DNA from: Rhina ancylostomus
Taxonomy: Eukaryota
DNA: 64,000 bases
Direction: 5' to 3'
Assembly (NCBI GenBank): GCA_030265395.1
Contig: JARFYF010000054.1
Location: 16,390,107 to 16,454,106, forward strand
The translations under genes were made by a program, and so were the position numbers. This document shows, in pieces, positions 25,000 to 37,767 of this stretch; the stretch's first letter is position 1, and each line of letters begins with the position of its first letter. The notes below the pieces were generated by a model. That model was not told where the DNA came from and did no database searches. It saw only the letters and a program-made list of their open reading frames with translations.

Positions 25000-25350
25000 A
25001 CCTGGGTTACAGTCACCAGCACCAGAAGCGGTCGAGCCGCAACTGGGAGGGAGCGGCCCCGCACACTCGGGCTCCGGCGGCCCAGCGCCACGGCCCCGCA
25101 CACTCGGGCTCCGGCGGCCGGCCGGCTGCCCGGACACGGCGCCACGCCGCCGGGGCCCGACACCCCGGTCACCAGGCGGTCGCACACGGCCCGCCCNNNN
25201 NNNNCCGGATCTTTAAAAGTCGGCAAAGGGTTTAACAACTCCTCCAACTGCTGAGCGATGGAGGCCGCCATCTTCCCGCTGCCTGCAGCCCGAATGGAGC
25301 CTATTCTGGATGACACACATCCGATCGCAGAGATGACTTCCGGCTCCGGC
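25000..25350 (-). promoter_or_regulatory. AATF CpG island / housekeeping-type promoter
   Basis: Very GC/CpG-rich. ETS motif ACTTCCGG at 25336-25343; YY1-like GCCGCCATCTT overlapping the start codon (25264-25274). Confidence 0.75.
25205..25271 (-). CDS. AATF: AATF (Che-1) coding exon 1, 3' end lost in an N gap
   Basis: AAGATGGCGGC start context; MAASIAQQLEELLNPLPTFKDP matches the AATF N-terminus (human ...QLEQLLNPRPSEADP). The exon runs into the gap at 25197-25204. Confidence 0.88.
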
Positions 25351-25363
25351 TGACACTGACACT

Positions 25364-25395
<32 letters not shown>
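25351..25395. repeat. (TGACAC)n/(CA)n microsatellite abutting the AATF promoter
   Basis: tgacactgacactgacacacac... read directly. Confidence 0.95.
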
Positions 25396-25399
<4 letters not shown>

Positions 25400-27492
25400 T
25401 CACATTTCTCAACATGCTTAAGATACCACTTATCACAGTCACCTATTGGGGGATATCCTTCCCTATAATTTTATGATCAAGAAACTGCTTAAATATGATA
25501 ATAATGTTAGCAACGTTATGAATCAAAGTAACGCAGCCTTAAAACGGTAAAATAATATTTATTTTTCTAACACAGCAGGCGAAATCTCTTTAGGATTCTT
25601 ATAAAATTGGTCGGCAAGTATTTCGTCTTTATTTCTTTAATCTCATGGGTCTTAAGGCTTTAAAATTCCCAAGTGTTGAGGCTTTTAGCATATTAGCAAC
25701 AAAGTAGAATGTATTAATATTCAGTTGCTGCTCAGCTGCAAGAGTTATGACAGTGAAAATATTAGCCACTATTATTTTAATATATCCATATGATGAATAT
25801 AGTGAGAGCGAAACATACAATATTGTACCAGTGACTCTCGTTATTATCCACCAAGGCGTCTTATATATGAATCCTCTGGTAACATGATTATATTACCATA
25901 TTAAAATATTCATAATAGGTGAATAAATATGATTGAAAATTTATTGCCACATCTTTCAACGTTATGGTTTATTATTTTAACGCAGTTTTTAAACTAATAT
26001 TCCCAGTTGGATTAAACAGGTGTTAAAGTATGAAATGCAATTTACGTTGTTTAATAAAATTGTTTTAAACATTAATAACATATATTTATTGTCGTCTCAG
26101 AAAATATAAAATTAACTTTATGATAGGTCATATGGGGAAAGATGGAAGGGTTTTCAAATTATTTTAGCATTCCATCAAAATGTACAGAATAATAACAATA
26201 ACATAACGGCAAACGTGATATATGTTGTCTGTCCTATCAGTCTGAAACCTCTCAAGAAGAACCAAGGAATTTACTTGTGCCCAGATTGTATTCGAGAGGA
26301 TGGAACGACAATTTGCAATCCATGTATATGGAAAGAGTACAATAAAGTATAGAAGTAGAATCTCCCATCCAGAAAAGTGAAATCGACCGGAGCCTTATAC
26401 AGTTACCAGCGAAATCCTTTCCTAATTATGTTATTAAAGCAACTTATGTTGCCGCTAACACAATTTCAACTATTGTTCGTAACTCTAATATCATTAATTC
26501 TGCACCAAAACTAGAAATTTGATTTTCCCCATATTTTGGGGGTTTGGGTTACGAATGCTATATTTTGAGGATGTGCTAGGAGTATTCGTACAGTTCTTAA
26601 ATCACAGTTTCTCACTCATATAGATCTCTATGTAACAAATAGTTCTACAGATGCTATCTGAAAGAACATGAAACCGTTCTTCAGTAGTTGAAAATCAACA
26701 CAGAACTTGAAAGACAATTATTCATGTTGGAGGATAAATTAGACGTTACACTGAATTTATATCTTTGTGGGTAAAAGCCCCAATCGCGGGAACGAAACAC
26801 CTCTTGCGGTTGTCCATTCACCATAGATTCTTGTAATTAAGAGCCCGCGTTGGTCAATGAATCACAATTTTAAGATTTCCCACTCCCCGTTTAAAGCAAT
26901 GAAACTGTAAGCACTTTTTAAATTATTCTCATGAAATGATACGTATTCATATCGCTAAAACTGGTGTCAGGCAATTGTTTTATGCAAATATTAGTTCACA
27001 ACTTTAGCAACAAGGCCGCAAATTATTAATTATCAGATAATAAATTTAAATAACAGCGAACAGCTTTCCTTGAAAATTTTGCCATTCGTCTTCTAACTTA
27101 TTCAATGTGAGCTTTATAACTTGGTAGAATTGAAGCGGTTAATTTTAACATTATATTCATTAAAAATTAGACCACGAGAAAGTCCGATTTTTATGTATTT
27201 AAACATTTTATGGTAATTATTTTATCTGAATTTTTAATTTTAGCTTATTTTGATTAACTAAAGTTACATTCCATTTAGAAATAGTAGGCGGCCATTTTAA
27301 TACAAAGAAGTAGAGATAAAGTTTTTAAAGGATAATTTTTGGGTAGTATAAAATGGATATTCATAAGATAGTATTCTGAATGTAAATGGGTAGAGACCTA
27401 AAAATAACCAAGAAACTTCCAGTTCGTTCTGCCACAACACCTTGTTCATAAACAGAGCACTGACATTTAAAGACATTAAAACATCAATTTTT

Positions 27493-27517
27493 TTTATTAA
27501 AAAGTCACAAATTTATT
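27493..27517 (-). terminator. Candidate LHX1 polyadenylation signals (two AATAAA)
   Basis: Plus-strand TTTATT at 27493-27498 and 27512-27517, about 1 kb after the stop codon. The cleavage site itself is not observable. Confidence 0.55.
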
Positions 27518-27884
27518 CAACATGTTTTTTTTCATTTATACAGTGAATGGTCTAATATGCAACGGAGGTCACAGAAGCTTAGGCCTATCATTATGACAAA
27601 AATTGATATCATGAGGAATTCTATACTGTATAAAGAAAAAAGTAGCAGCTATCAACTGCATATTTGACCATGTAGTAAAATTGTTTAAATATTTGACCTT
27701 TCGTTTCTGTAAGACACAAAAATAAAATCCTGTATGAATCTATATGAGCATTATTAACAATATGAATGATTTCTATGAGAGAGCTAAAAATGAGCAGAAA
27801 GTTTATTTTTAACACTCTCTTTCTGAACACTTTCTCCAGTGGATGGTGCAATGCACCTACAGTAATTGTGCTATGACTTATCTA

Positions 27885-28113
27885 TTTGGCACCTTTCTAG
27901 TTTGTTTCTCCACTTTTGTAAACATACGCAAAAAAAAATCACTTTGTACAAGCTGGAGCTGTGAACCATAACTCCAGTAAAATTTTTTGTAATCTTTTTG
28001 GAAACAAATAAAAAGGTTTGGTTACATGATGCCCGTTTGTTCAACTCAGATCAAGAGGTTCTAAAATGTTTTCTAAAACATTAAACTCCTGAATTAAATA
28101 TAATACGTAAACA
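27885..28113 (-). promoter_or_regulatory. LHX1 3'UTR miRNA seed sites: miR-30 (x2) and miR-96
   Basis: Minus strand TGTTTACA at 27917-27924 (miR-30 8mer), TGTTTAC at 28107-28113 (7mer-m8) and GTGCCAAA at 27885-27892 (miR-96 8mer). Confidence 0.65.
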
Positions 28114-28496
28114 GTAGACTCTTTCAGTTCATTTATGAGCTTCTTTTTGTTGTTCAGCTTTGTGTAGGTAGAGTAGTTTGCGTTGAATTTTTGAGGGCTC
28201 CCGAACGCCCTTGTCTTTTCTGAAATGTGTACTTTTTGGGTTTTAGAAACTCCGCTCAGAATGCCGTCCCGTTCAAAACTTTGTTGCTCCACTAACTCGT
28301 TGCAATTTTCTCCTCGTTTGAGGCTTTTGCTTTTTTTAAAAAAATGTTATTTCAGTATTTTTGTGACGAGTTTTGTTTGATGATCTGGCCTCGTTCTTGC
28401 TGACCGGGCAGCGAGCGAATTGTCTTTGGGGTGGGAGAGTGCGCGGAGAGGGAGACACATTGTCAATTTCACTAATTTCCGCCAAGTGGGAAGTCG

Positions 28497-28891
28497 TTAC
28501 CAGACGGCTGCCTCATTCATTTCCGGAGGCGGATGTGACAAATGGTTGGTGTATCCCCCATTCGTGAGTGAGAAGGACGGGCTGGGACCCGGGCCGAACA
28601 CATCCGCCGCCATCGTGTGCATTGACGGTCCCGTTAGCCCCGGCTCTGGGCTGGGAGAGTCCCCATGTGAGTGAGAGATCATGTCGGTAAACCTCTGGCC
28701 GTCGCCTGGCCCCGGAAGATTGCTCGGGTGGTGGCCAGGCAGTGGATGCTCGAGTCCGCCGAGTGGGGTCGCCCCAGGCCCGGAGGAGGGCACAAAACCC
28801 AGATCCACCGGAGTCTGAGCTTGAGATGAGGGAGGACCTTGAGGGAAGAAATCGTAATTGCTTCCAGGGCCATAATATTCAGTCTGATAAT
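28497..28891 (-). CDS. LHX1: Lhx1 coding exon 5 (C-terminal region, stop)
   Basis: Acceptor CCACAG|AT, then [31 protein letters not shown]...EMNEAAVW*. Total CDS 1233 nt = 410 aa + stop. Confidence 0.96.
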
Positions 28892-31800
28892 CTGTGGAGG
28901 CAAAAATAGGAACAAATAAAGCTGCATATGTAACGTTAGGCAATCTTACACATTGCGTTTGCAAGACGTCAAGTACAAACAAACCTCAGAATTAGTAAAT
29001 TGCATTAACAGATATTAGGCTTTCTCGGTGAGTATTAACAAAGCGTTGATCAAAAGCAAAACGTGAGAAAAGAAAAATCATTATTGAAGCATAATAAAAT
29101 TATACAAAATTCCTTAAAACTTAACGTGATAAAGTATGAAATGTCTAATTTGAGCTTGCATTGAGAATACATTAGAACTGAAATCGGTCATGTTGGTTTA
29201 ACTCCTTTCCACATTCGCTTCGTGTCAAATAGAAGCAGCTCCATATATAATTGGCCCTTAAATATACTAAACCCCAACCTAGTTAATCCGCTTCCAAGAC
29301 ACAGATAGGTTTACAATTTGGTTTAAAGATTCAACCAATAGAAAGCCTTGCGCATTTTATACCCAAATTATTTCATTTCATTGTTATTCTTTGTAAACCA
29401 CTCAGATTGATCTGCGGTCAACATGAAATCTGTGACCAGGAACTCAATCTTCACATATCTCTGGGAACCGCAGAGTCCTGCATTGAGTTCTGTAGCAATG
29501 TGAAATGAATCGGGATCAACGTTCGAAGACACGATAAAAATACCTTCCTATTCAATAATGCATAATTATATGGGAGGTCCTTAAAACAAAAAATATTTGC
29601 AAAATTATAGATATTTTAATTCTTGGCGGCTAAAACATTTATTAAATTATTTCACGGCTATGGAACAGACATCAAGAACAGTTTCTTTTTGTTTTGGGTA
29701 GGGTACACTTAATTACTTTCTCTTTTTGCTGGTGCCCCTTGTATTCTAGCAACCCGAAAACGGTGGATCAGAATCATTCTGAATTCACGATGGAACGCGC
29801 AAAGTGCAAGGGAAACAAAAAGCATGTTTTTGTTCTAATTTATACCCTATTTGTAAATCAGATTGACTTCTTTTTCTCCCTCTAAAGATTTCATTTCTGT
29901 AAGTGAAATTGAAGCAGATGTGATTGCAAACAAACGCTTGGGAAACTATTCTGTGTTATTAATCCTTATCACACAGAAGGTCTGGCGCAGCAGGGTCCCA
30001 CTTTTTGAATAATGCTCACTCATTTTACACAATCGCAACCGCTCTCACAAAAACACCACTCAACTAGTCATTTTAGAGCATTCGGCAAATAACAACCTGC
30101 CACGTTAGAATCGTAGCTTGAAAAATATTATAAAATAGTTTATTATTCTGAACCGAGTTTTAAGTCTGCACGCGAAATTATTAGTTACAATTCAGTAAAA
30201 GTGTTTTGAAAGTAGTTTTCTATCTAAATGCTACACAGGTACTAATGTCATTTTGCAAAATTTTTAAATCCTGGTATTTAAAAACAATACTTCATGTATC
30301 AACAATAATACTTCCCGGATCTTAAAGAGATCCGTTTTTTGTTTTAAAAAAAGTTAGTACGCAGTTAGTCTTAAGGGTTCAGTTCATCCTTTTGACAAGC
30401 GTTCTGAAATTCATCCGGCTCTGCTTTTCCTCCGTAACATGTATTTTTGTTTGCTTTTCAGCTACGGCACTCTACCTCCGACTAATTCCTTTCTCCAATT
30501 CAGCCTGAATGCCTGTTAATTTACATAAGTAAATGAAATGGAGAATATGCGTACTGACACTGGCCACCTTGACTCAGCTAAAAGATGAATGAAAATATTG
30601 CCAGGATTTTAAAACCAGCTAATAGAATTATTGAAAACTTGAGTGCGCTCATGTCCGAGCTCATTTTAATTTCAAATTTGTTGTTTCAGTGAGAGATGGA
30701 ACATAGGGGGATCCCTGCCAGTTGGTCCGATTGTCATTGTGTTTAAAATTGCGTTTTAAAAATGTTTTCTTTTTAGGGTACTTGAGAGATAAACGTATCA
30801 GCAATTAACAGCCCAGAACAATCCAATGTAAATAAAAAATCATCTTGCCAACAGCGCATATTTAAAGAATGCTTAAAGAAAAAATGCTGTTGTTTTAAAA
30901 ATGATGATATATCATATTATTCCTGTGAAATTAATATTAAAAATGCAAAATTGCGGCTTAAGTAGAAACGTTTTTATTTGAGTAGGTTAAAGGAATGTGG
31001 TTGCAACATTTACACTTCGTGCTACGGTCTTGTTCGAACCTCCTCCTTATGCTGTACATTCACGCCATATTAATTAACCCCATCCCCTCCTGCGTGCTTA
31101 TTGTCTTTCCATGTTCTCGCCATCAAATAACAGCGAGTCTGCTGTTTACAATCTACTGGAAGCCCCACCAGTATGTCACTAAACACAGAAGCGGAAACTT
31201 TCTAAGCAGCAAAGTTGACAAATGTTGTCCCAACTGAGTTGTACCGGCGAGATCATTTCGACGTTTCGGTAAATATACAAGATAATAACATTTATAACGT
31301 GTTCACTCTATTACACCTAAAATATCAATACTATAAATAAAATAATTCAGATACCAACAAATTCCAGGCCCTATTCTAATTGTGCACTGCTTTGAATAGA
31401 TGCGTGCCATTATAATTCAAACAGGAGCAGTTACATCAGGTGTTTTATTAATAGTCATTATAATTAAAAAGTAAGTATTTATCATATTATATTACTTTGC
31501 CCGTGACGAAATGGTTATTTAAGTTAAAATAGGGAAAGATATAATACATAATATAACAAATGCATAAACAATGCATTTCTATTTTTTTCAAAATAGTTCT
31601 TTTAAAAATGCGATGTTCTTTAACTTCATGGCATTCTCTATTTAGGCATGCTCTCCAAACTCTCTATTGGAAAATAAAACCTACAGTTCAAACCATCTTA
31701 ACATACCTAGTTTTAACAGGAATACTGGAAACCTTTAAACCTATTTTTAGAACTTGTGTATCATTAGTAACTCCAATCCTATGGGAATACATCATTCTCC

Positions 31801-32241
31801 CGTTCTCTGGGTCTTTTTTTTATACAAACTTATGTGCATATGGGAACATATGGTGTGATTATTTCAGATCTTTTTGTATATTCCTGTGGTTATCCTAAGC
31901 GGACCATTTATTGCAGACACTACTTTTGGGGGTTCCTTATTTCTCAATGGGATATTGTGCTGCTTAGTTGATTCTGTACATGAAACTGATCTGACATTGA
32001 CAAGTAGATGGTTGAGAGAAAAGATATACTTTAGCCTTAAAATAGCACGGAGATCTCTTCGTATAATCAGTGATTGAATAAGTCAATAATAAGTCAATAA
32101 ATGGCTAACTTCATACTGTATTTCAATTGTCCGTCAATACATGACTGTAAAACTGAATTTGCAGCCTCTTTCTCATTAAATAAGTAATCAGTTTTTAAGC
32201 ACATCCTGGGGAGTGTTTAACAGAAATGAATTGGGACTTAC

Positions 32242-32407
32242 CCCCGTAGTAATTGAAAGGGCCGTTTCCCATCATGTCAGCCCCGTCGAGGCGATCTCCC
32301 AGGGGTCTCATCCGTCTGGGGCTGCGGAAAAACGCGTGTCTACGAGCCCCTAAAGCACTCAGCTGCTTCATCCGCCTCTCCTTGGACCTCCTGTTCTGGA
32401 ACCAGAC
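32242..32407 (-). CDS. LHX1: Lhx1 coding exon 4 (homeodomain helix 3 end)
   Basis: Acceptor CCCCAG|GTC, then [36 protein letters not shown]; donor G|GTAAGT. 166 nt. Confidence 0.97.
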
Positions 32408-34226
32408 CTGGGGCACAAAGCAGCCACGAGAATCCTTTTATTTCGACAATCCTGAGTTAATATTAAACCATACTTACAACGTAAACACTGGTCTTCCAAT
32501 CCCATAGTTTAGAATTAAGGCAAACCTGAAGCACATAAAAGCTTTGCTTTAACTACACTGCAACATTAATCTCAAACCAGTCTTGAAACGCAGGTTGCTA
32601 ATGTTTACATCATCCTGTTTCAAAAGAGGAAAGAAAGCCAGAAACCCGTCCCAGAATTAAACATTAAAACGCATTAACAACAGTCTTGTCAAGTCTCCCA
32701 ATAGTGTCCTCTCGATTCCTGACTCTTAGAATACCATTCAGCGTTTGGAATATGTTTTGAAGTGTAATTATAACTCGACTTCCTTCTCACAACAAACATT
32801 CATCTGCAGAATCAGGAGATATGGTGGAATAATGGTTGAATTGTCATATTTTGGGAAAATAACATTCGAGAAAGGAAGTAACTCTTAAAATGACACAAAG
32901 GTAAACGTTTTTCGCCAATTCACGTTATAAAATTGAAAATAATGGGCGCATTATTGTTCGAATTTTAAGTTTCACAATATCACAATAAGCAAGCATTTAA
33001 TAATCCGAAGATTACATTGAAAATGGAATGAATGATTAAAACAGTTTGTGCAGAAGCGATATGAAATTGAAAAAAAATTACAAGAATACAACATGTTTTG
33101 TAAGACAGGTGAAGGGTTGTGAAACTGATTCCCGTTGCTCTGTAAGATTATAAGTAATTATTGTCCCTGGCCTGGGGCTGGTGCGCTCTTTATTTAACCC
33201 AGGTCAGCAAAGTGACGGCCTTATCCTTTGGGTAACCTACTTCACAACTCTATTTATTCCACAGTTCGAACAAGTGACGACAGTGTTTCCGTTTTGCACT
33301 CCCTATCTGGTGTTACTACCCCATTACAGCAGAATCGCGTTTATCTCTCAGCTGCCTCAGATTTGGGGCCCTCTTCTCTCCATCCAGTCCAGAGCTGAAA
33401 CTGCCGAGTCCATAAAACGCTTAGTTCTTTTAAAGTAGAACCAATTTAATTGGGGGGGGGGGGTCGGTCTCCATTCTCGCCCTTAAACTCCAATTTGTCA
33501 GTTGCCACACCATATACTCGGGTATTCCTGTCCACTTTCCCTCGCTGGTTATATCTCCTAAACAGCGTGGCCTCGGACAGTTTACAATGCTCTACGTTGC
33601 TGGTGGTATCCCGGTGGAGTGTTTCTCCTGTTTCCAGCTTGACAATTGTTCGCTCTATCCTGACCACAGCATAACTACAACCGCCTGCTTTACTTAGATT
33701 TGCTTGGACCCGGCTTGACCTCTCGGGTGCAGTCTTCTGAGTCCTCTCGGCTTCCCGTGTTCATTTCTATCATATTTTACCCGAATAAAGAGGCTTGTTT
33801 ACCTAGCTTTTCTTGTCTAGCTTCGTTTCATATGTTATATACGTTTCCCTACTGCGACGTATCCTACTACGGTAATCTATCTTTTTTGTTACAAGAAACC
33901 GCTCGGAGGATTTATCCAGACCCAGTAGTATCCACAAGCAGCGCCCGCTGGTTATCCGTTGGGAGTCCGACCTCTACCCACTTGCCACGTTTGGATGGCT
34001 TCCCCGATTTAAGTGTTCTTTACACTATTTCTCAATTTCAAAACATCTTTATCTTCATCTCCTGAAGCACATTTCCGTTGAAACACTCAAACGCTTCTCC
34101 TCAAGTTTTATATTGACTCTAAATAATCGTCCCTGCCACCCCCCCCCCACCCGCTCCAAGCCACCCCGACCACCACTCCGTGCTTATGTTGAAATTCGCA
34201 CCCTCAGTTCTGGATGGCTCTCTTAC

Positions 34227-34504
34227 CTGTATAACCCTCATGTTTAGTCCGGTTTCCTGAGCTAGTTGCTCTCGGATGTGCCTTGTGGGTTTGGGGGTGG
34301 CTGCAAATGCCGCCTTGAGAGTTTCCAGCTGTTTTGCTTTGATGGTTGTGCGGGGTCCCCGGCGTTTGGCTCCCAGGTTCTGTTCCTCGTTCTCGTTATT
34401 GGCAGTCTCTTTATCTGAAATATTGGCGCTTTCTGAGTCCTTTGTGTCATCTTGTAAATGATCTTGAGAATCCGGTGATAAACTTTGATCGCTGCATGCC
34501 GTTA
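34227..34504 (-). CDS. LHX1: Lhx1 coding exon 3 (linker + homeodomain helices 1-3)
   Basis: Acceptor GTACAG|TA, then ...[48 protein letters not shown]; donor CAG|GTAAGA. 278 nt; cumulative length 672 is phase 0. Confidence 0.97.
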
Positions 34505-35234
34505 CTGTACAACGCACAAAATGACGTGGGATGAAGAATGGGTTCACATCACGTAAATAACCGATTTAACGATGATAATCACCGAAATTTTATTAATAAT
34601 TGATATATAGTCCCTTTGGAGCGCCGCTTTACTGCATTTTAACATATTAAAATGAAATATTTACCAACACCCCAGCTTTAAATGATATGATTTTAAATTA
34701 ACTAACTGTCCGAATTAATCTTCCCAAAAGCTTATCATTTGTACGTTGTGTTTATATTAAAATGAAAGTGCAAAAACAAAATAGCACGGGGAAAAAAAAG
34801 TTTAGGCATCTAATCCGGAACAATGGACATACAAAGTAGTGTCATTTAAAAGCTACATACAAAAAAATGTACATTTTGCTACTCGCCATAATGCATAAAT
34901 TAGTAAATGGTGTTTAAATCACCAGTAAATAACTGCTAAAATGGACAGGAGTCGGCGTTGGGGGCGAGATGGGTCTTAAAGCCATACTGCTGTGTCCGCT
35001 AACCGTTGAAATAAAAAAATATACAATCCGAATCCCCATTCATTATGTAATACCGATAAACATTGTTTCGTAAAGTATTCAATTTGTTAAAACACCCGAG
35101 ACGAGATAACAGTAAAGCTATAAGTTATTGATCAACATATTAGAGTAAACAGTTACAGGGACACGCTGTCGCCCGGCTTCCTAATGAGCATAAATAAATA
35201 TACATATACAAATACAATGAGGATTTGGCCTTAC

Positions 35235-35458
35235 GTGACAGCGAACCGTTTTCTTTCGAATTATTGCTGTTTAAAAAATCGTCTTTGCAAACAAATTTGT
35301 TTTCATCGATGATGTAGAGCTCTTCCCCGGTGGAAAGTTGTTTGTTGCATATCATACAAGTAAAACAGTTCAGATGAAAGACTTTGCTCCTCGCTCTCCT
35401 CACCAGATCGCTCGGGGAGATACCCTGATAGCAGCCGGCACACTTGGTACCAAAACGA
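35235..35458 (-). CDS. LHX1: Lhx1 coding exon 2 (LIM2 domain)
   Basis: Acceptor TTTTCAG|T, then [62 protein letters not shown]; donor C|GTAAGG. 224 nt, phase consistent with exon 1. Confidence 0.97.
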
Positions 35459-37597
35459 CTGAAAAGCACCACAGTAGGGGGAAAATGGTCAAAGGAAGTC
35501 TTAATTCTGTTTAGTATATATATAGTTAACTGCATGATACTAATCTCGTAGAAAGGCGTTAATTTACATTCATGGTGGATGGGTTATTGTTAATATAACA
35601 CTTGTCTTGCTCCAAAGTGTCCAGGGGCGTACAAACGGAAGAAACGTCGCCTATATTTGTATAGATCTGCGTATCAAGCAACCGAGACCAGACTAAATCG
35701 GGACCGACACATCGGCGTGTGACAGATTTATCAGTGGACTATTACATTTAGAAAATCGACTGAAAATGAGCGCAAACAATTTATGAGAAATCCATGTCAG
35801 CAAACTGGCCAAAAGTGACAGAATGTTATGTGGAGTGCCTCACAATGAACCAGATTGACACTGTCGTTCAGCTCGGAGCTTGCACTTCGCAGTGCGGCTG
35901 ATTTTCCTTCTTATTCGCATTAACCAACGCGATGTTATGTTTGCCCCTATTTCAATTCAATGTACACAACCTTTATAAAAAGTGTTTGTAGCAATTTATC
36001 TAAAATAAGTTTTTCATTGTCGGCAAAATTAAAACCATTCGTGTTCACAAAAACTAATTAGAATAGAGCATAAATTAATGCATGTATACGGCCAGATAAA
36101 GCCTAACTTAGTCAATATCGATTTTAACATATATAAAACAAAACTTGCCAGTTAAAATTACAGGTATTTTTCTGTTTTCCTCTTAAAATATTTCGGCATA
36201 ATGTTTATTTTTAGTGTACTTCTTGATCAAGATAGTGTTTGACGAAATTGTATAACAGGTGAGCATTAACCATTCAACGCTATGCAAGTTTATCGACATA
36301 TTTTAAAAGCAAGGGAAAGGCAAACTCATTTTATTTGAGGCAAAGAGCTGCAAGTGAGAAATGCGTTTTTAAAATATCGTGTGAAGCATGTCGTGCATAA
36401 ATTAAAACAATATTCTACTGAAAACGATAGTTTTAAAGAATCTCATTTTCATGCTGGGTGTAAAATTCATTGGATTAATAAATGTTACGTCATTTACAGG
36501 TGACGGCAGATTGAAATGATGATGGCGTATGATCCCGGAGGAGGAAGGAGATTTCAGGAGTGCCTGATTAGAAATGTCTTCAAACTTGACATTAAACCAT
36601 TCATTAATAATAACTGAGGGGGTGGTTGGTTCAATCAATGGTTCCGGTATATAAGCAATAGGTAAAAGATATTTTGCTGTCACATTAGCTTCTGCAACTT
36701 GAATCAGACTAATACTTTCAAGGGACTAGTACTGTAACAACTTTCTTAGTTAAAGAAAGTGAAATATATTACTTCAAGAAAAGCCTTGTTCGCACACGCA
36801 TGCCGCATGGTTGCAAATTACAATTAAACTGTAAAAAGTTTGATAGAAATAATTGATTCAACAAGAAAGATAGAAGTCACTCATCGCTAAATTTACTATC
36901 AAACTCAGGTTGTACGTTTAGTTACATTTGGTTCATGAGACTGGGAATTACAATTGTGTAGCTATTTGTGCAGTCTACTTAGGTGATTGCTAACAAAGGT
37001 TTGCCCATGTGTCCTTTGTCTATGGTTTCCTCTTCAAACACTTTGTTATTCAAAATCACTTATCACATCGTTACCAAAAAAAAAGAAAACACCAAGGACG
37101 TAGACAGAGCCGATGGATTTCCTCCAGGATTCGTAGTTATTGATCTTTGCTTTAATTTGCCTCAGCAAAAGAAAAGTGCGAGCTCTATTTTCTCTTGCTG
37201 AATACACATTTTCCGCATTACCAGATCAGCAAAGTTACTGATCGTGGTTGAAACGGACGTGTGTAAATACGTTCACGCAATTCAGCTGTTTTACCGTGCA
37301 GCAGTAAATAGTTATGTATAGGATTTATGTTGAATCTTTCAAGTTACAATTCCTTTTCCTCGCCTAACCGAACGACACATGCTTTATAAATATGAAAGTT
37401 ATCTAACAGTACTATTTAAACTAACTATAAGACATGTATTAATTTTATTCACTAAGTACTATTCTAGTGTCTTGGCAAACAGATAAAACAACAAAATTTC
37501 AGTCTCGGCATAATGTAAAACAAACTTGAAGCTAACGCAATATGTTATCAACATAACATTCATTGATGATGCCTTAAAGTCAGACCATTGCACTTAC

Positions 37598-37767
37598 CGA
37601 AAGAAGTCGTTCTTGCAGTACAGCTTCCCTTCTCGTGAAAAACATTTTTCTGTTAGATTGCATTTGCATTCGCAGCACTGCACACACTTCACATGCCAAG
37701 CTCGGTCCAGGACGTTTAATAGGAACCTATCAAGAATAGGCCTTTCGCACCCCGCACAGTGTACCAT
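37598..37767 (-). CDS. LHX1: LIM/homeobox protein Lhx1, coding exon 1 (LIM1 domain)
   Basis: ATG at 37767 translates [57 protein letters not shown]. Ends at donor CG|GTAAGT (37597); 170 nt. Missed by the ORF track. Confidence 0.97.

Noticed and set aside
24916-25235. Several Pro/Gly/Arg-rich ORFs
   Set aside because: By-product of the GC-rich CpG island; only the AATF exon-1 frame has homology.
28497-37767. Assignment as LHX5
   Set aside because: Diagnostic residues and adjacency to AATF favour LHX1.
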